Shown: piece after piece, positions 57,055 through 64,000 of the stretch
Numbering within the stretch: the stretch's first letter is position 1
Layout: each line of letters begins with the position of its first letter
NCBI GenBank assembly: GCA_963714015.1
Contig: OY970223.1
Location: 2,016,001-2,080,000 of the forward strand
DNA length: 64,000 bases
Origin: Vulcanimicrobiota bacterium
Lineage (GTDB): Bacteria > Vulcanimicrobiota > Vulcanimicrobiia > Vulcanimicrobiales > Vulcanimicrobiaceae
Direction: 5' to 3'
Translations under genes and position numbers: made by a program
Notes under the pieces: model-generated
Databases searched by the model: none
The model's input: only the letters and a program-made list of their open reading frames with translations
Told to the model about the DNA's origin: nothing

Positions 57055-58482
57055 ATGGGATGTGATTCAGGTTATGCGAAGGAGCCAGAATTGATTGAAG
57101 GTAGTCAGGTTCGCCAGGACCGTCAGAAACGGGGGATTAGTCAAGCGCAGTTTGCCAAGTTTGCCGGCTTGGCGCAACACATGCTGTCTGCATTTGAGCT
57201 CGACAAGGCGGACCTTCCCGGGCCCATGAAGCGGCGCATTCAAGAAGCTTTCGAAAAGCTAGACCGATTCCATCGGAGCGAAGGGCAGCCTTTTTTTTCG
57301 AAAACGCGCTGGTCGGTCCAGTATGGGCGTAGACGTTATAACAATCGGCCCGGGACGATTGACTTAGAGACCGCCCGGGCCTTCGCTCGCGCTTGCCTCG
57401 TCGAAAGAGAAGACACTCCACGGCCTTTGCGGGGCATAAGTCTATTTTCAGGATGCGGCGGCATGAGTCTTGGCTTCCGGGACGCCGGTTTTGAGATACT
57501 AGGTTCAGTTGAACTTAATGAAGCCGCCAGGGCCATTTTCCATGAAAATTTTCCCGAGGCGCAGATGCTCGGGACCAATGTGCAGAGCATCAAGAAGGGC
57601 GACGTCGCCGAATGGAGACGACGTTTTCGCGATGTCGATGTGCTTTTCGGTGGGCCGCCCTGCCAGGGTTTTAGCCTAACTGGAAAGCGCGATCGATGGG
57701 ACACGCGCAACCAGCTCTATCGCTCGTTCGCACGCATCGCTGGCGTTCTGCAGCCTCGCATGGTCGTTTTGGAAAACGTCAGACTACTCACGTCGATGAA
57801 GTCGCCGGAAGGCGAGCCGGTACCAGCCTGCATTATGAGAGAATTTGAAAATCAGGGTTTCGTCATGCGCTACCGTGCGTTGAATGCACAAGATTTTGCC
57901 GTGCCCCAATTCAGAGAGCGCGTATTCTTCGTGGGAATCCGCCGGGGGTTGGGCTTCGAGCCTTCCTTTCCGTGCGCAACTCACGGCAAGAACGAGTCGG
58001 GAACGCTCTTTAAGGACTTGCTAACTCCCTTCAGAACGCTACGCGACGCAATTGCCGATCTGGAACCGCTCGAATCAGGAGAACAATCACGAGATCCTCT
58101 TCATTGGGCCGTGTCCCATCCGGATCACGTTATTGAAATGTTGATAGATGTTCCAGAGGGACACAGCGCACATGAGAATACCGATCCTAGAAAGAGGCCG
58201 AAGTCCGGCTACAATACCACGTACAAACGCCTGCAGTGGGACGAGCCCAGCTCAACAATAAGTACTACTTTCGGCATGATATCTGGATCTCGGAATGTGC
58301 ACCCGTCAAGCACGCGCTCGTTGACGATAAGGGAAGCGATGCGTTGTCAAACCTTTCCTGATCACTTTGTAATGTTCGGTCGGGTCGGTGACATCCGAAC
58401 TTCAATTGGCAACGCGGTCCCCCCTCGGTTGGCGTACTCAATAGCGATGCACCTTAGAAAGCTCTCGAATGGAAAGCCGTAA
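57055..58482 (+). CDS. DNA (cytosine-5) methyltransferase with N-terminal XRE-HTH
   Basis: SLFSGCGG, GGPPCQGFS, ENV, QFRERV, IGNAVPP; GISQAQFAKFAG HTH. Confidence 0.95.
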   Translation: MGCDSGYAKEPELIEGSQVRQDRQKRGISQAQFAKFAGLAQHMLSAFELDKADLPGPMKRRIQEAFEKLDRFHRSEGQPFFSKTRWSVQYGRRRYNNRPGTIDLETARAFARACLVEREDTPRPLRGISLFSGCGGMSLGFRDAGFEILGSVELNEAARAIFHENFPEAQMLGTNVQSIKKGDVAEWRRRFRDVDVLFGGPPCQGFSLTGKRDRWDTRNQLYRSFARIAGVLQPRMVVLENVRLLTSMKSPEGEPVPACIMREFENQGFVMRYRALNAQDFAVPQFRERVFFVGIRRGLGFEPSFPCATHGKNESGTLFKDLLTPFRTLRDAIADLEPLESGEQSRDPLHWAVSHPDHVIEMLIDVPEGHSAHENTDPRKRPKSGYNTTYKRLQWDEPSSTISTTFGMISGSRNVHPSSTRSLTIREAMRCQTFPDHFVMFGRVGDIRTSIGNAVPPRLAYSIAMHLRKLSNGKP

Positions 58483-58488
58483 TCCATG

Positions 58489-59505
58489 TTAGGGCGCAGG
58501 CGCGCGGATAACGGCCTCAGCAGTGGCGGGAATCTTATTAAAGTAACCAGCCTGCAAATTCATTTGCAGTTCGTTCTTGTTCTGTGTATTGCCTATGGGT
58601 TGGAACTGGATAAATCCGAACCGGGGATATTCATGGTGGTTTGGGTCTTCCTTAAATCGACCCTTCGTCACCCTGCGGAGCTTGGTTGTAAATCCGCAAT
58701 ACATCAGCGAGTACGTGACGAGGTCATCGACGTCGAGAAGGGACAGTTCCATGTGTTTCTCGTCTTCGCACGCTGTGCATTTATGCATGATGAATTGTGG
58801 TGGAAAGGGGTCATTAGCGTATGCTGGAGACCTGGTGAGGACAATCTTCGTGATTTCGCGCTGGTGCACGGTCAAGATAGTCGCCCACTCTTCGCGAACG
58901 GCTGGTTGCAGCTCTTCCCAGAACCACCGCTCATCATTAACCCGGCGGTCGGCCCGGCTGCGCATGTCTATGGGACGAAACCCGGGGTCTCCGCAATACA
59001 TCCGCAATCCGTCCTCTGCGGCCGTCGAGACGAAAATGCCGGCGATGCGGAGCGTTTCACAGAATTTCACCGCTGATCCGCAAAAGATCTGGGCGTTTGT
59101 AGGAGAAGGATTGTTGCATTGCTTTATCGACACGCCGTAGCGATTCGTACCCTCTCCATGTGTAAACTCTAGGAGCACATCCGTCTTTGAACCAGTAACC
59201 GTTCGGCCGCTATCGTCTGTTATCGTGTCGCCGTCCCCGGCAGTCTTTAGGCCGCCCAGCCATGCGGCGCGAATCCGCACTATGCCTGTCACGTGCCTTT
59301 TCTGGGCAATGAATCGAACAATCTCCTGCGCGGGGTGACCGGTAACAAGGTGGCCGGTGGTCGGTCGATTCCAGTGAATTTTCCTCAGGTCGAGTTCGTT
59401 AACTTGAGCAGCAAGGTTCTTCTCGAAGGCGTGGCCGCGTCTTCGGCCCTGCGTTCCCGCAAGGATCTGAAAAAGGTGTTGGTCGTCCTCTGGATTGAGT
59501 GCCAC
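58489..59505 (-). CDS. Putative type II restriction endonuclease (PD-(D/E)XK, MspI/HinP1I-like motifs)
   Basis: Convergent with the MTase; GHAFE...KTDV...VSIK. Confidence 0.7.
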   Translation of the reverse strand: MALNPEDDQHLFQILAGTQGRRRGHAFEKNLAAQVNELDLRKIHWNRPTTGHLVTGHPAQEIVRFIAQKRHVTGIVRIRAAWLGGLKTAGDGDTITDDSGRTVTGSKTDVLLEFTHGEGTNRYGVSIKQCNNPSPTNAQIFCGSAVKFCETLRIAGIFVSTAAEDGLRMYCGDPGFRPIDMRSRADRRVNDERWFWEELQPAVREEWATILTVHQREITKIVLTRSPAYANDPFPPQFIMHKCTACEDEKHMELSLLDVDDLVTYSLMYCGFTTKLRRVTKGRFKEDPNHHEYPRFGFIQFQPIGNTQNKNELQMNLQAGYFNKIPATAEAVIRAPAP

Positions 59506-59644
59506 CTCGGCCCGCTTCGGCCATCCTAAAGAGCGGCCTGCATCCGATCAACCCCAAGGGTGATCCTATCATACGCTCGCTTGCCAGTAGGGCGGAAGCC
59601 CAAAGGCGCTCGGGCCGCCCCGCACAAAATTGATGGCCAGTAGA

Positions 59645-60660
59645 TTACTGAAATCGTCGGGCGCTGAACAACGCCTGCATCATGAAAGTATTGGTCACGC
59701 ATGGCGTGAGCGCTTGGACTGGGGAAGATGGGCTCACGCTATGGAAATGAATGGCATCGCACTGGAAGTGGAAGCGCTCTTTCAGCCGGGCGTTTTCGCG
59801 GTCGAGGCGCTTGGGGATCTGCAGTGGGCCCGCAACCATGGCCAGGTCACGCGTTATACTGCTTGGAGACATTTTGGGATAGCCGCGCATCGCGGCGATC
59901 GCGTGGAGCACCCGCGTCATGCGCTCGCCGGAGAACGCAAAGTCGGCTTCAAGTGCGAGATTCTCTCGAGTGAAATCATCGCCGAACGCAAGTATCCGAA
60001 ATCGGCGATTCGAGCGCAAACCGTCATGTACAATATCAAGCGACCAGCGTTCATCTGGCGCGGTGACCGCCTCGGTTGCCGGCCCACGCCCCAAAGCCAG
60101 CTTGCGTCGTACCCGTTTGCGGACTTGCCGGCTTGCGGCGCGGTAGATCCACCCAATGCGCTTGTGATTATCGCTGATGCCCTTTCGGCGCAGCAACACA
60201 GTAAGTCGAGGCAATCCAAAGCGTCGGCGTGTAGCTAGGGCGACCAGCCGAAGTCGCAATGGTACATCATTACGCCGGGATCGGTACCGTGTAAGTTTTC
60301 GATTGATCCCGACGCACCAGCAAACGGGACGTTCCTTCTCGCTGAGCCGTTCCCGCACGGCGTGCGCCGCTGCGCGGCGCTGGGCGGGCCTCAGAAGTTT
60401 CCCTCGGCGGCGTTTTGAGCGCGTCGATGTTGAGCACTTGGTCTGCGACAATCTTTTTCGGCTGGCGATTTTTCATCATCGAGCTGTTCAAGACAACGCA
60501 TCGCTGACTCGAGCCTGCCGTACTTCGAGCGCCAATCGTACAGCATTGCTTCGCTGATACATGCTTGCGGCAGAGCGCCGCGGCCTTCACCCCGGCTTTG
60601 GGTCCTTCAGGATGCCGTCGATTTGGGATTCACTAAAATCGAGACTTCCGCACGTGGGTT
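59645..60660 (-). mobile_element. Degenerate IS3-family insertion sequence remnant(s)
   Basis: orfA-like RKSRFSESQI..LCRKH and orfB-like NHKRI, WSLD..HD, DDFTRE; frameshifted, DDE domain truncated. Confidence 0.85.
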
Positions 60661-60894
60661 CCTTTCGAGACCTTCGCCTCAAATCCGCGAATCAGCGGTA
60701 CTCGCGGGGATACCGTCAAGTGCACCGGGTTTTAACCCGCACTCACCGCATTCAGCGCTTCGCGGATGTACGCCCAACGCGGTATGCTCTATTTCACCGG
60801 TTGTCGAAATCGCGGCTAACTTGCCCGCGCTTATCATTTTGGAAGGGACTATCTGCAGTTCGAAACCCGCCGACCTCTAACCAATCCTGTTTGT

Positions 60895-63800
60895 CTAGCC
60901 CTTCGCTAATTCATGAAAATAGAGGACCGCGTTAAGTTGACGCATTTGCTTTACTGAGGAGCACTCGCTTAGCAAAAGGTCAGGGGAACCCACGATGACT
61001 GATAGGGCGCGCGCTCGCGAGATTGCGACGTTCAGTCGATTTAGGTTAAAAATAAAATCGAGTCCCCGTGCGGCGTCCTCCGCGCTGGAGGCCGCCGTGG
61101 AAAAGAAGACAACGAACGCCTCCTGGCCCTGAAACTTATCGACTGTGCCGACCTCGACCGCGGCCCAAGCGCCGCGCCGCCGAAGCTCTCGGGCGATGCA
61201 ATCAACTTGGGCATTGTACGGAGTGACGACGATAATATCTGCGGGCGTCATTTGACGCGTCATGTCGTAAGCGTCGGTAACTGACCCTTTCAAAAGAAGC
61301 TCCACCTCGTCCGCAATTCGCGTCGCCTCTTCGATCGAGCGGCTTCGATTGTTACGATGTGCTACCGGCAGAAATCTTAACCCTGCGCCGGACTGCCCGT
61401 CACTGGATACGCACTGCTTTTCCAGACCGGGCATCGACGCAAGACGGTCACGGTACATAATTGTCGATATGTATCTGCAAATGTCAGGGTGCATGCGGCG
61501 CGTCTGCTCGAGAAGGACGCCTCGCTCCGGCGTAACCGGGCCGTCCGCTTCAGCCAAAAGTCTGTCCAGAACTGACGCGCCGACGTTCATTGGGTGGCGT
61601 CCATGAGCAACTTGCGGTAATTGGGCGGGATCGCCCAGAAGAATGACCGACCTTGCGGACATTGTCGCCGCGATCACGGTCGGCAGCGCCACCTGGCCAG
61701 CCTCGTCGATCAGAAGAAAATCGACTTTTTGCCGCATCGAGGCGTGGGATAATGCGCTAGGCGTGCCGGCATAAAGATCGATGTCTAGAGTTCCCAGGTT
61801 GTCCGTAGTGGACGTTACGTTTCGGCCAAAGTACTCTGTACGAGATTCTCCCTCAGTACATTTCTTGTACCCGCGAAATCGAAACCCATTGTTGTCAAGC
61901 GCGGCTTTCTCAACCGCATCGAGTAGGTTGTGAATCGCCTGATGGCTATTTGCGGACACTGCGACTTTGTATCCCGCGTCTATCAAGGCAATCGCCAGAT
62001 GAGCGCCTTGGTAGGTCTTGCCGGAGCCCGGAGGCCCCTGAATAAAAAGATAGCTGTTGTCCAGGTCCCTTACGAGATCAACCAGTGCATTCGCCGTAAC
62101 AACGTCCGGCTGTACCTTAGTGCGTCGCGATCTAAACCGGGGAGCGGCGGCGCGGAGAAGGTCAAAGGCGCCGCGATAGATGGTGGGCGCCCCGTTGCAT
62201 GTGAGCAATTCAATCGCAAACGCAGTTAAAGCGTCGCGGATTGCTTTATTGGGATGATCATCGCGAACTATTATGGCGTCACCAACGACAGCGCGCTGAA
62301 ACTTCTTTCCTCGCTCAATCCTAACTTGATCCTGTTGTGTACCCACCGATGTGTCCAGAAGCGTGCCTATCTTGTCCTTGGTTGCCGCCGAGAAGCAGAA
62401 GGCGCCTGGCTTTGATTTGAAGAGTTGCGTTGGGAACTCGTAGGTTTCAATGATAGTCCCGGTAGGGCCGGCTTTGCCGATCTTGGGCTCTGCATGAGAA
62501 CAACGGACGTTGAGTAAGCACTCGGAATCGTCGATTAATTGTTCTGGATCGTCATGATAGGTTTCGGAGCGCTTGTGAAACTGCCAGAGTACCGGTTTCC
62601 GTTCTCGCCAGTGGTATTCGAGTAATTGGGGCGCAAGGAAGTAGGGTAATCGGGGATCATCGGATTTCGCATCTTCAGGGTCAAAGTCAGCGCCAATTCG
62701 GTCGCGGAGCGCCCGTTTTAGGTCGGCGTGGTCTCCACTGTAATCCTTCTCAATTTCAGGCGCAGGGCCAACGAAAAACGGAATGTCGATCTTAAACTGC
62801 TGTTCAGCTTCCTGCTTCAGGTCAAGCAGCCATCCACGTAACGCATAAGCAGATTTGCAATCGGCCTCGTTATATTGTTCAAGGTCTTCGAGAATCGTAT
62901 TATCCAGCTTTCCCAGGCGCTGGAGGGCAAGCCACTCCTCGAAACGCAGGATTGACTCGTCGCCCCCCTTCACGCTCGAGTGATCATTTCGCTTGCCGTA
63001 TAACTCCTCTACCGCTTTTAGCGAATAATTGGATTGTCCCAACATGACGCTCTGACGAACGACGGTATATAAGTCGACCAGAACGCGCTCGCGAAGTATG
63101 GTGTCTATCTCGCTTTCGCGAGTGGCATGTCGCTCCATTCACTCCTTGAGTGCGCGTTCTTCGTAGTTTGCATAGTGATAAATATGCATATCGGAGTGTT
63201 GGGCTCGTCGTCTCATGACATGATCGATCAAACCCTCAAACGCTGTTTTCTCGGCAGCTCGATGGCCGATCTTGCCGTTCAAAGTCCTGTCACATCCCCA
63301 GAACGCCTTAAATCCAGCGTCGCTCGAATACACACCAAGGAGGTACTCAAAGCCCTTGCCGGTCTCGAAGTACGGGTCGCCCTCGATGTCGAAAAAGACG
63401 TCGCCGGCGGAAGGCGCCGGCAGTAGGCTCAGGCCGCGCTTGCCGAAATGATCTGGCGCTATGGGCAGCAGCGCCTTTGTAAATGGGGGTTGCATTCCGG
63501 CGTCCGAGGCGCGCCGTTGCTGCAGTTGTAGCGCGGCCTGCCTCTGCAGCTTATCAAAGGTGGCTGAGGTCATCTTCGGTGGGCGCGCGGTAGAGGCGGA
63601 TTCGGCTAGTTTCTCAAGTGTGCTTATACCGACCGCGGTGAGGCGGGCGCGCTGAAGCGTCGTGCAGTTCGCCACTAGGCTCAGGTGATCGTCCCGAATG
63701 CGCCGTTCTGAACACTGTTGGTCGAATTCGCACAGGCTGCAGTGCTTGACAGGGTCAGGATACGTACTGTCGGTGTCGGTTTGTAGCCGTTCCAAGAACC

Positions 63801-64000
63801 GAGCCTTGACCGAGCGATAGTACGCCGCGTAGTCGGTTACGCGATATGGTGTGGGCATTCCGTTTCCAAGAATGACCCACGCCAGGCGGGGTGAGCACCC
63901 CTGCAATTGCGCAATCGAGCTCACTATAAAAACACAACTGCAATAAAAAGTACGGCTTTGTCTCGCTCGCCAGTTTCGTGTCGAGGACCTCGTAGCTATG
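60895..64000 (-). CDS. TM0106-family RecB-like nuclease / RNase H-like / DNA2-NAM7 SF1 helicase; 5' end beyond the window; frameshift at about 63917 and in-frame TGA at 63139-63141
   Basis: DTK..QLCFY, FFDIEGDP, YSLKAVE, YNEADC, QGPPGSGKT, IDEAGQ, GDPAQL, TVDKFQGQE, RLNVAISRAR. Confidence 0.88.

Noticed and set aside
63139..63141. Selenocysteine codon in the nuclease-helicase
   Set aside because: The position is not expected to be Cys and no SECIS-like hairpin is evident.

Overview
GC-rich bacterial chromosome window. The Terrabacteria-like RpoB/RpoC and the several Vgb-like beta-propeller lipoproteins suggest Candidatus Eremiobacterota/Vulcanimicrobiota (inference only). 1-19 kb is mostly housekeeping: tyrS, hslO, aroQ, HU, tRNA-Pro(GGG), RNase H, glycosyltransferases, threonine aldolase, two Crp/Fnr regulators, an MFS exporter and a multicopper oxidase-ZIP transporter fusion. 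rpoB (19.3-23.2 kb) and rpoC (47.4-51.3 kb) are not adjacent. They lie about 24 kb apart, each with its own sigma70-type promoter and terminator, and their 5' leaders share a similar, apparently structured motif. Between them are an MrpA-less Mrp antiporter operon, a selenocysteine formate dehydrogenase/NrfD operon with a SECIS hairpin, and stress-type genes, several behind SigB/SigF-like promoter motifs. Downstream of rpoC is a decaying accessory/defence region: beta-propeller gene fragments, hipBA, a diverged relic copy of the rpoC 3' end, a vsr pseudogene, an HTH-fused C5 methyltransferase with a convergent restriction endonuclease, IS3 remnants and a TM0106-type nuclease-helicase. Several genes, including the essential rpoB and rpoC, carry apparent single-base insertions that are probably sequencing or assembly errors.
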